DNA of 58,415 bases, counting the filler, from Catajapyx aquilonaris (taxonomy: Eukaryota), in assembly GCA_000934665.2 (NCBI GenBank). It is 4 parts of 4 records of this genome, joined end to end, with 100 filler letters (N's around TTAATTAATTAA, not from the genome) between each part and the next. Parts side by side here need not be neighbours in the genome. Positions count along the whole stretch, not along the records: positions 14,639 to 29,168 come from JYFJ02007750.1; positions 29,269 to 43,792 come from JYFJ02007751.1; 2 more parts are not named here. One strand, given 5' to 3'. Numbering within the stretch: position 1 is the stretch's first letter; each line of letters opens with the position of its first letter. This document shows, piece after piece, positions 26,703 to 36,850 of this stretch. The position numbers and the translations under genes are program-made. The notes below the pieces were generated by a model. The model was not told where the DNA came from. It did no database searches and saw nothing but the letters and a program-made list of their open reading frames with translations.

Positions 26703-27312
26703 AGGGACACTCCACTCAAAATACAAGTTGACCCCCAAAAATCGGGCAAAAAAATAATAATGATAATACGATTCCAACGACACCAATAATGAATTTTTCC
26801 GATGAACGATGACCCCCGGGGAACCGGCTCATTACGCGTATTTTGGCGATACGGTTGTAACCGTATGCTACTGTTCACGACACCCTCGCCGCCTGGCGGC
26901 AGGAATGGGAAATGGAGTATGCTCAGCTCTGCCCGCGAATTCAAACCTGAACGTATTCGAACCGTATGCAGTGGTAATTTGAACAGTGAAATCCATCGTG
27001 GACTTTAAAATGTTTATTTACCATACAATTAACCATTTTTCTACCCTTCCTGACAGTTCCATGACACACTTGCGAAGCTGGCGCGCTAGTGTTGCCTAGC
27101 GCGCCTGGCGCGGCAGTTGTTTCTTGAACACTCTATACTTCTCCGGTTTGCCGCGGGATGGTGTTGAATCGCCCTTCTTAGCAGACGACGTGCGTAGATA
27201 TATGATTTTCCGTGTTACCGTTGGGCGTAGAAAAAAACCGATTGCACATTCGGAATCAGGATTTTTTTCCCCATTTTTGGGGGCCAACTTGTATTTTGAG
27301 TGGAGTGTCCCT
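26703..27312. mobile_element. Kolobok-like non-autonomous element
   Basis: TTAA|AGGGACACTCCACTCAAAATACAAGTTG ... CAACTTGTATTTTGAGTGGAGTGTCCCT|TTAA; AG...CT termini with TTAA TSD. Confidence 0.75.
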
Positions 27313-27761
27313 TTAACCACCAACGTGAATCTGCCATACATTGGCTACGACGTGGGGTATTTTAGGACCCCACGCAGTTTTCATTATTAAAAAATTGACT
27401 TAATAGCACTAAAGCCATTCTTTCCCTCTAAATTCGGCCTGTATTCTCATCTGTATGTGTAAAAAAAATCGATCTCCTGTGACCATTAGTTGAGTCATAA
27501 GGGACCTGAGACTCCGTTATCGCACCTTCGTAGCCTTCCAGTTCGATTCCGTGGCGTAAGTAATGGCTTATAACGTAAACATTCCCAGCTGCAGGGTCTG
27601 CAAGATTTTAGTTCTGAGCAATATTTATTGCTGAATAACAACACACACTTTATAAAATACAATTTTGCTGTGATGCGCTGTGATGTGTTCTCTGAAAAAT
27701 TATGCGCATTGGCTACGACGTGGGGTATATCTCGACCCCACAGGGACGCTTAGCAGCATAA

Positions 27762-27924
27762 AGGCCCATTCACACAGGCCATCGACGGTTTTGGTTTTGG
27801 TTTTGGTTTTGGACCAATCAGAGCGGGCCCTCACGCATTGTTTACGTGAGGGCCCGTTCTGATTGGTCCGCGGCGTCGACGAGACCAAAAACCAAAACCG
27901 TCGACGGCCTGTGTGAATGGGGCT
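27762..27924. mobile_element. PIF/Harbinger (Tourist-like) MITE
   Basis: TAA|AGGCCCATTCACACAGGCC ... GGCCTGTGTGAATGGGGCT|TAA; near-complete internal hairpin. Confidence 0.85.
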
Positions 27925-28158
27925 TAAAGGTACCGGTAACTCTGCAAAAAAAAATCCACTGATGTCAAAAATTTTCTTTGGATCGAAGAAATATGTCTGA
28001 GGAATATAGGCCTGCCATTTTTCATTTCATACAAAATTTATTAATCGCGATGGTATTAATTACATTGTGGGGTACAAAAATACCCCACGTTAGTGGTTAA
28101 GGGTGGGTTAAGAAGGAAAAAAGCATCTAACTTCCAAGATAGAGAGGTGTGCCACTTA

Positions 28159-29168
28159 TAGTCCGGGTGCTAAGGGACAAAATCGGCGTCAACTTTGCAT
28201 TTTGTGATAAAAGCATGACACTCGGTACTCTCGCTCTTTGGGCCTTTCTGAACATATCTGGACGTGGAGCAACAATACCTGACCCTGCGGGTCACGCGTA
28301 TTGCGGGTTGTCTACCAGCAAGGAGGTGTTCCCTTTCACCCGCTGCACCAGGTGAACGGTTAACGTTAGGTCACTGGTTCCTTCGTTATTATGGTGTACA
28401 TACTATGAGGATTAAACATTGTCACGAGTACGTTGGTCGTATTTGCTTAAATTAGCGTGCAAACTGCCACAAGGTGATTTTTTGTAAGGTAAGTTTAGGA
28501 GTTACGGTCTTTTACTGATCACTGAGGCATTTTATGAGGAAAAGCTTTAAATAAAAAGTGCGTAAAACACCTTTATTAATTATAATGATCTCTACAGGTT
28601 CTTTCCTCCGAGGAATATTTTCGGTGCTATGGAGGATCGAACCCCACATCTGCGCGCGTGCAGGCTGCGATGGGGGAATCGGTCTGAGGCCGCGCGCGCT
28701 CTCTCATGTGGCGGTTACGCCGGGATTTGGGGGGAATAAAGTACACAAGGGTTGGCTAATAACTACTATATTACAATATGGGAGTACCGTTCATAAAGAA
28801 TGGTACGACTCTATATTGATAAATGTGTACCCTGTTCTCAACCCTTGGGTGCGCGACAGTATGCACATTTCGCAAATGAGAGATTGCGGTGTGGAACTCA
28901 GTCACTTCTACATCCAATCAAACACAACAAATTCCCTCTCTTCAGTAGGCCCGGTGTAGGTTCTTATTCGTCCACGGCACTGAAAAGAAAGGTCTCTAAC
29001 CTGAAAAATGACTGTGCTTTGTTTGGCAGACTGTATGTTGCATGCCAGAGCAGAAATGGCAACCTGGATGTTTTTTTTGCCCATGAAAATCAGGTCAATC
29101 CAGCAGCTCTGTCAAAATCGGGACAAATGAGAAGCTGCAATAAAGCTGATCTCACAACATGTCGGCCA
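28159..29168 (+). mobile_element. Academ-like transposon fragment, cut by the spacer
   Basis: ~28975-29168 encodes LKNDCALFGRLYVACQSRNGNLDVFFAHENQVNPAALSKSGQMRSCNKADL, a motif I recognise from Academ-type transposases; the left boundary (TAGTCCGGG) is tentative. Confidence 0.5.
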
Positions 29169-29268
29169 NNNNNNNNNNNNNNNNNNNNNNNNNNNNNNNN
29201 NNNNNNNNNNNNTTAATTAATTAANNNNNNNNNNNNNNNNNNNNNNNNNNNNNNNNNNNNNNNNNNNN
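29169..29268. other. Artificial assembly spacer
   Basis: 44 N + TTAATTAATTAA + 44 N. Confidence 0.95.
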
Positions 29269-29850
29269 ATACAGAGGTACTATAATAGCATCCCTCCAAT
29301 CCCTAGGAACTACACCATTATCAAACGAAACCCTACATAAATTAGTCAAAAAAGTAACTACATCATGGCAATTATGGCTAAATGGCTATTAGGAAACGGG
29401 ACAGGACTTTCTCAAGAATGTCTCACTAAAATCTCGATGTGAATCAAGTTTCCCTAATCCTCTCAAGTTATGCAAAATAAGATTCATCCTGGCCGAAGTA
29501 AATATGCTTGTAATATTGATTGGAAAATGTGCTTCAATGAATCCAAATGTGATGCCATGTTGGTGCATCCTTGGAAATCTGAAAAGAAGAGAGGCTGCCT
29601 TAGTTCTCAGTCTACATCACTCATTCACCATAACAGAAAAATGCCAAGAAATAAAACCCACCATCCAAAAATTATAAATTACCAGCTACAATATTATCAT
29701 GACACTTTTCCTGCTAAAAAACGTAGACCAAACAGCATTGATTTGATTCCAAGAATTTTATACCTCAATCATCCTACACTTGCACTCTATGGCAACAGGC
29801 TCATTAGTCATTATGACTGGAAGTGTTGATCTTGAAAAAAATCCAAGGTA

Positions 29851-30720
29851 CGAGGGCAAGTCATAAAATGAGTTTGGGGGTGCAAGAGTTTCGACGTCAC
29901 GTGACATACAGGGTAAAGACGAACATGAATATGATATGTCTACCCTTCCTCTACGTTAGAGGATGGATAGGCACCTTCTTGCAACTTATGCGCAGGCGCG
30001 GCAGCCGTTGGATTGATTGATTGATTGATTGAAGGTTTAATGGCGCAACAGCAGCAATGGCTATACTGCGCCAAGCACCTGTGACGTTGGAGGGGAGGGG
30101 AGGCAATACCACCCCGACCCCAACGTTAGCTAAACCAAAGGTTTTATTATTTTGATTATATATTTTTTATACTTTTTTTTAAAAAAAAGGGAGATAATTA
30201 TTTACTTAATTATCACTTTGATGAGTTGGAGAACACCGAGTGGCGAGCCGAGCGTGCCCACCCACATGCCTCCAGGAAAAGTCATGACAGACAGAGAGTG
30301 TTGGTCACATGGAGTAAGGCAGAAGTGTGGGTAGATGTTTGCTACCAGTGGTCGACATTTGACATACGGCATGACATTCATTGCAGGCTAAAGGAGTGTA
30401 TGGTCCTGAGATGTTATGTCTGAGCAAATGGTGCGGCAATATGGTGCCAGCAATTTGAGAATAAGGTCGTGTGCGTGAAGGACAAGAGACCTGGTCTACC
30501 AGCCATGGCAATTACCGACAATGCCCTCAAGTGTCCCAACTTCTGCCTTAGTCCATGTGACCAATACTCTGTCTGGCGTAACATACTCTCGGGGAAACTG
30601 GGTGAGCACACTCGGCTCACCAATCGGTCTCCTCCAGCAGCTGCCACACCTGCGCACAAGTTGCAAGAAGGCGCCTATCCATCCTCTCAAGTAGAGGAAG
30701 GGTCGACATGTCTGTTCATA
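29851..30720. mobile_element. Fold-back of two mariner 5' ends
   Basis: TA|CGAGGGCAAGTCATAAA start; degenerate HTH (IHCRLK..YGP..MSEQMVR..WCQQFE..RPGLP); 30535-30720 is the inverted copy of the ~29925-30330 segment once the insertion is removed. Confidence 0.7.
30013..30224 (-). mobile_element. 5'-truncated retroelement 3' end inserted in the mariner arm
   Basis: (TCAA)n tail on the minus strand, GGCGCAGTATAGCC...TGCGCCATTAAACC 3' hairpin, TSD GTTGGA; absent from the inverted arm. Confidence 0.65.
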
Positions 30721-30945
30721 GGGAGACGAAGTGGCGCTGCGGTAACGTTTGCGTCCACGGATGTTAAGGTCATATCCCGCCTGGGGTTCCCCCCCTCATC
30801 TCGTGGAGAGTTTGTCAGAGGTCGTCTCTGGCTTCGTCTCGGGTGGTATCTCCGTTAGACAAACCACCCGGGGGAATTCACAAAATGACCACAGCACTGA
30901 CATTGGATGGCACTTTGCACATCCCCTCCTGTCACACTGCCCGTG
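30721..30945 (+). mobile_element. tRNA-derived SINE, family B (diverged)
   Basis: Homologous to the 15175 copy; B box partly deleted; end approximate. Confidence 0.7.
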
Positions 30946-31761
30946 GTACCGTATTACATCACTTATTGCGACATGCCGGTATGAAACCAGGTCGACCAGC
31001 ATGCCGGTATAACCCTGGGGTGACCAGCATGCCGCAACAACAGAGGTAGCTTTCCATAATTTTTACCCTCGTCAAATTTTTTGGAATGCATAGGATACTG
31101 TACTAAAATAATGTTACGGTGAAAAATGTGCGAGTACAGGGCTGTGAGAATTGCAAGCTCATCTCTTGCACAGGGCGTAAAGTGTGACTGTCAGCCTGCT
31201 CTTAGAGGGAAACCCCCTTAAATATTTCAAAGAATCTGCATGGGATGATCTGGGGAAATTCCTTCAGTCCTTCGCTTACTGCATTAAAGCGGTACTGCAT
31301 TAAAGAAACCACAAAATGCAGCATGGCATTTAGATTTCTGTGATGCTCAGAAATAATATTATACTATCACCCATAATGTGATCTAAATTACTTGTTCAAT
31401 ATTGTAATTAAGATTTTTGCTCACTTAGTCGCTTATTATGCAGAGTTCCTCATGAATACTATTCGTGGCTACCAAAATATTTCATTTATTTATTTTATTT
31501 TACCCGGTGATAGGAAGGAGCCCCTTTAGGGGCGTGGCATACCACCGTCAGTTTTCTTAGATTTTTCTGACTCTTACCTCACACATGGGTGGGGCCAAGG
31601 ATAGGGACGGAAGCAGCTGTGGCCTACTTTTACGGAAACGACTCTGGAATTATCCTGGGGGGACTTCTTAAGGATTTTTAATGGACTTGCCCAGCCGTAA
31701 AGGTCGGTATCCACGTACAAGATTTCTTACATACGAGGAGCCAACTGCGCATTCCCGGATC

Positions 31762-31839
31762 GCCCCTCTTGTCCCTCGAAAAGGAGATTAAAGTTGAAAA
31801 TTTTCAACTTTAATCCCCTTTTCGAGGGACAAGAGGGGC
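31762..31839. repeat. 78-bp spacer-less palindrome (1 mismatch)
   Basis: GCCCCTCTTGTCCCTCGAAAAGGAGATTAAAGTTGAAAA|TTTTCAACTTTAATCCCCTTTTCGAGGGACAAGAGGGGC. Confidence 0.9.
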
Positions 31840-33261
31840 CCTAAGGCTACAAAGAGTCCGTCTCGATGTACAAGATTTCTCGCGTACGAGGAACTCGCAC
31901 GTCGATACCGGCCTTGAGGCCCTTACACAATCTCCTTGAATCCCTGCACCGGAGTAAAGTTAACTTTGAAAATTTAGGGAAAATGGTGGTGTACCAGCCC
32001 CCTATAGAACCCGTAAGGGTCATCACCGGGTATACAATCAATTTTAAAAAATTAAATGAAAAAAAAAACACAATCTGGCGGAGACTGATATGAAACTACC
32101 GTATCATACGGTAGGAGTTGCGTGGGGCTGCATCATAGGGCTAACAAGTCAAGAACCCCTATTTCTCAACACATAATAATGAGGATGCTACAGTAATTAC
32201 AGCAACTCTCACCTGGAAGAAACATCTGACACACTGTGTTACACCATACCTGTGCATTTCACACCAAACTGAGCTGAAGTTCCACGCCACAGGTATTGGC
32301 CACTTCCATTCTATGGAGACCAGTTGCCCCACTGAAGTCGACTCACTCAGCTGTCACACCCTCACTGTGGTCAACACTTTTGCGAAGGCTCAGCTCGTTG
32401 AACTGTTGAGAGGTAGTTCGTGGGGTTCCTCCATCATTTTGTGGTGCCGAGTCAGATGATGTTTTGTCTGAAAATAATGAACATCAATGAGTCACAGTCG
32501 ATTAAACACCTGCATTTTTCATCAAACATGGTGATCAACCCTTCTTGCCCTTTTCTGTCATTCCTTCAATTCCCAGATCGCGATGATATTCAGAGTGCAA
32601 GACGCTAGGAACATCCCAATTTGATTTCATACCAGGTCAACAGCGCAACGCATTTTCTAAAAGCTATTATTTTTCGCATTTCACATGGTCACCTCAATCA
32701 CTAGGAACCTACCAGAACTGTTAGTTTCACTTATTGAGAGTGGTCGATAATGGCCAATATTCTGAGTCACAATCACATTCCTCACGAAAAGTATTACTTA
32801 ATAAAATAAATGCTGGCTACACTGCAAATGGGACACTACAACATGGAATCATGCTCACATGCCTTTTGAATTTGAAACATGAATAATATTTCCCTTTGAA
32901 TTTCACATATTTTGGCAATTTCAAAATTTGAGAACTAATATTCTTACGAAGTCCGATTTATTTCGCCATGACTAAAACCTTTCCAGTCACATTTCTTGGA
33001 AAATAAAATTCCATCTGGTGGTTTCAAGACCTTTTGGTTTTACAGGCCTTGAAAATTACAAAAAGGTCTCATTATAATGGCTGTATTTCAGCCCATTCAA
33101 GTCACAGTTAGGAAAGGTTTATCTCGCATGTGCATTGCTAGTGCATGTTAAAAATGTTCGTGTTTCTTTTTCAATACAAAAAAATAGATACTGCCATGAA
33201 ATCATTACACATTCCCAGAAATAAATTCCTTTCAACATGCACCACCAAAAATTGGTATGCA

Positions 33262-34566
33262 CGAAGGCGGATCAAATGAAACCTGAATATGGTGTCTGGA
33301 CCGGATACGGTACTACTTAAGGCATGGATTTGAAACTGCCGACACAGGAAGATGGTATCGATACCTCCTATTAGCATGAGTAAGACTCTTCGTGCGCATA
33401 CCACGGCCACAGCCACAGGCATTCCAAGATGGTGTGCTCCCTATTCCAAGAGGGATCAACACATTAGGGTCATTCCCACGTGCCACAGGGATCATGATCC
33501 TTACCCCCAAAAACGCGATTGGGGTGTTCCCACATGCCCTTCCTCCACCCGAATGCGTTTACAAAGGTGACTGTGGCAGCCAGCCTGTAGAAGTTGACTG
33601 CCAGACCAGTCTGGAACCACGCCCTCCCGCCTGGTGAAAAAATGACTCTCGCTTCAGCTCCCGGCCAAAGGCATGGGTGACTCTACGATAGGCCTGGCTC
33701 TAATAGCACGAAGGCATGCCACCTACGTTACTACGCAGGTCCTGGCTGCCCGCAGAGCGAGGGGGCAGATGGGGCCTAACAGAGAGCCGCCATGCTGCTT
33801 GGCTAAGAACCGGGCATCACGCCCAAAATGTAGGTAGCATGCCTCCATCCCATTACAGCCAGGCCTATCCTAGAGTCACCCATGCCTTTGGCCGGGAGCT
33901 GAAGCGAGAGTCATTTTTTCAGCAGGCGGGAGGGCGTGGTTACAGACAATCCACCGAAAATCACGAAAAGTAAGTGGCTCGTGGAAACAGTCACCAAACG
34001 ATCCTGATTTTGCCCCTCAGAAACGTGGTTCAAAATCGAGATTTTGTGACACGTGGGAATGACCCTATTGTTGTTCAATTTTTGCTGGCCGAAGGTAATA
34101 CACCGGAGCAAATTTATCGGAGGATGCTTTCCGCATACGGCAGCAAGTGCATGGGATAAGACAACCGTATGGGAATGGTTCAGGAAATCCCGAAATGGCA
34201 GAGAATCCACAGACGACCTTCTCCGACCATTTCTCTGCCATTTCGGAATTTCCTGAACCATTCCCACACGGTTGTCTTTCATATGCAGTTGCTGCCGTAT
34301 GCAGGATGCATCCTCCGACAAATTTGCTCCTGTGTATTGCCTTCAGCCAGCAAAAATTTAACGACAATGCGTTGATCCCTCCTGGACACGTGAGATAGGG
34401 AGCACGCCATGTTGCAATGCATGTGACTGTGGCCGTGGTATGCGCACAAAGATTCAGACTGATAGGAGATATAGATACCATCTTCCTGTGTCGGCAGTTT
34501 CAAATCCATGCCTTACATAGTGTCCGGTACAGACACCATTTTCGGGTTGCATTTGATCCGCCCGTG
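33262..34566. mobile_element. Fold-back of two mariner 5' ends, with a nested insertion
   Basis: Ends ..GGCGGATCAAATG and CATTTGATCCGCC..|TA. Both arms encode a mariner N-terminal HTH (IVV[K/Q]FLLAEGNT.EQI.RRM..AYGS.C..KTTVWEWFRK.RNGRE) pointing toward a centre at ~34205-34230. Confidence 0.85.
33466..34066. mobile_element. TIR element with 3-bp ATT TSD, nested in the mariner arm
   Basis: ATT|AGGGTCATTCCCACGTG ... CACGTGGGAATGACCCT|ATT; the empty site is visible in the opposite arm; internal inverted repeat at ~33609-33946. Confidence 0.8.
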
Positions 34567-35181
34567 TACATGATACTATTTACAAATTAAATTGCCACAC
34601 TGTTAATTGCTACATGATGTGACCAAAGACACCTGCATTATGAATCTGATAGTGCAATGTTTAAAACCAAATATTAAGTCTGTCAAAATCAAGTAATTAG
34701 CACCATGCTGCAACCGAGCATGTCCATCACCCTCACCAAGAAAAACTAATACCCTATATTTCCCCCCATCAGAATTAGGGCTGATTACACCTAGCACGGT
34801 ATATGATAAACCCGCGGTTGTTTGGAAAAACCCCTACAAATGTGTATGCATTTTCCAAAAGCACCACCAGTTGATTATATACTGCGCTCGGTGCAACCGG
34901 CCATTAGTGCTGTTTAGGTATCCTACCTCTACAGCTGCCATTCTGAGCCTTATTCGTAAACATTTTATGCACATGGGAAATCAACCATATGTTGTATCAC
35001 CTATGTAAAAGTCAGTGTTACATATAGGCCTATTTCAAACAGACCTCAGCGATGCTCTCGCTTCCAAAATGCAATCACTTCTTTCGGCCCAAACAACTGG
35101 TCTTGTTGCTGATGAAATTACTCCCATGTAATCGGAGCCTTAAGGTGGAGAACAGGCACACCTCGGTTTATGACATTTTGC

Positions 35182-35347
35182 TATAGAATGGTCACTGTAG
35201 GACCACAACTGAGTGCGCACACCAGTTCGTGCCACTATGTTGCCAAGTTCACCCAACTGATAGGTCATCTGAGCCAAGCACATGGTGAACATGGTGACAC
35301 AAACTGGTGTGCACACTCTGTTGTGCTCTTATCGTGACCGATCTATA
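35182..35347. mobile_element. Degenerate hairpin MITE
   Basis: TATAGAATGGTCAC...GTGACCGATCTATA with imperfect inverted arms. Confidence 0.5.
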
Positions 35348-35708
35348 ATATGGTCCTTCCCATTATAATAAATTACATTATTTCCAGCTTGGCTCTCGCA
35401 GCATCAGAGCACGTTAGCCGCGGATTATTTCACGTGCAAGTTACTTAGGCCTAGTGCTAGTGCGCCCGTACTGTATAGTGTTCAGGTGCTCACGACGTTC
35501 GTATGCAGTTGGTTGGCTCTACTGGCGCAATACTAACTCTGCAGCATCATGCTGGACCCTACCCATAACTGGAATGTGCCGCTAAACCTGCAACTGATGA
35601 GTGGGAGCGATAGGTCAGCCAAGTGGGGCTTGGCCTGTAGGCGGGCTGGAAGCCCCCATCTGAGAGCCCAGTCCCCCTCCCAGTGAGCCTACTTCCCCCA
35701 GTGCCCTG

Positions 35709-36007
35709 TTTATGGAAGGGGGAAGGAAGTGGGGTGATGCGTACCTGTGTGTCGTGTAGGGGAAGGCTCCTCGTTCCCTCAGGGGGTGGTGGGCCGGACC
35801 AGGGGCGGACCCAGGGGCGGGCCCGGGGCAGCAGCGGCGGAGAAGGGACGTCATCTCTTCGGAAAGTGAGGCGAGGAAAAAAGAACGTTCGGTCGGTTGG
35901 CGTGGTCCTTGGCTGGTTGTGGCGTCCCCCGTCAGATGGCAGGGTTTACCATCTCGAAAGGGTATGGCCAACCGGATAAGATGGCAGACATCTTTGGTCC
36001 AATCTGG
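35709..36007 (+). repeat. GC-rich ~300-bp repeat, left member of the inverted pair around the IR gene
   Basis: Reverse-complement match to 38986-39278 with scattered substitutions and small indels; contains GGGGCGG boxes and AAGATGGC; GC-rich sequence continues left to ~35613. Confidence 0.9.
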
Positions 36008-36036
36008 ACCACTAATTCAGTTACGCGTAATTGCAT

Positions 36037-36100
36037 AAAAATTAATCAGCGTCATAAAAATGCTATTAAAATAGCATTTTCATGACGCTGATTAATTTTT
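36037..36100. repeat. AT-rich hairpin with 31-bp arms
   Basis: AAAAATTAATCAGCGTCATAAAAATGCTATT-aa-AATAGCATTTTCATGACGCTGATTAATTTTT. Confidence 0.8.
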
Positions 36101-36809
36101 GCAATCAAAACTTTTTCCATGATTTGCTTGTGCGATTTTTTTAACTTTGATAAAGATCCATATTGGCATGAAGCAAGACAGGCCGCTTTTATTATTGGGA
36201 GAGGTTGGAGGTTTTGCTTTGTGCTGAATTATTCCGCCCATAATTTCAAAATTGACGAGTGGATGGGTGGGAAATTATGAGCTGTTAGTTTTCTCTGTAC
36301 TTTTTCAACCCATTGTGAGCCAAACTCTGGGGAATTTTGGGAAAAGGTCAAGTTACTATTTTAGAGCAGTTTCTAAAGCATTAAAAATTTAGCGAGACAC
36401 ACACACCCAACAGAGTTGGCCTTGGCCTTTGTGGATAACTAGTAATTTTGGGGCCGACTTCTCCTCCACCCTACTCATTATTATGTAACTCAAATCCAGG
36501 TGTTTTCCGATAGAGCAACCCTGCCCGGCATGAAAGGTCATTAGATCGAGAATGGCCAATGTTGTTGATATCGGAACAGTTTTAGACAAATTGGATGTGA
36601 CCATACGCTTGCTTTCAGCCGGTTGGTTAGACAAATTGCTTTTCATACATTTCAATCAGTAATTCTGATCTAAAGTCAACAGTGGTTAGGCTATATGGAT
36701 TTGAGGCGCTGACAATATCGGATATAACAAAATTGCTGATAAGACGAATTGCTCTCTCGGTACATTTTAAATCAATTCGGATCACGCACTGCCTGCGTCA
36801 TTCAGATGC

Positions 36810-36817
36810 TATAAAAG
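36810..36817 (+). promoter_or_regulatory. Candidate TATA box of the IR gene
   Basis: TATAAAAG about 40 bp upstream of the ATG. Confidence 0.5.
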
Positions 36818-36850
36818 AAGGGGGATATTCCGTTACAGTGTGTCACTACG

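Larger units (their letters stand above)
26696..28103. mobile_element. Non-autonomous piggyBac-like element B, host of two nested insertions
   Basis: After removing the nested insertion, the left end reads TTAA|CCCTTAACCACCAACGTG; the right end is CACGTTAGTGGTTAAGGG; GTGGGGTA-N-ACCCCAC subterminal palindromes. Confidence 0.7.
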
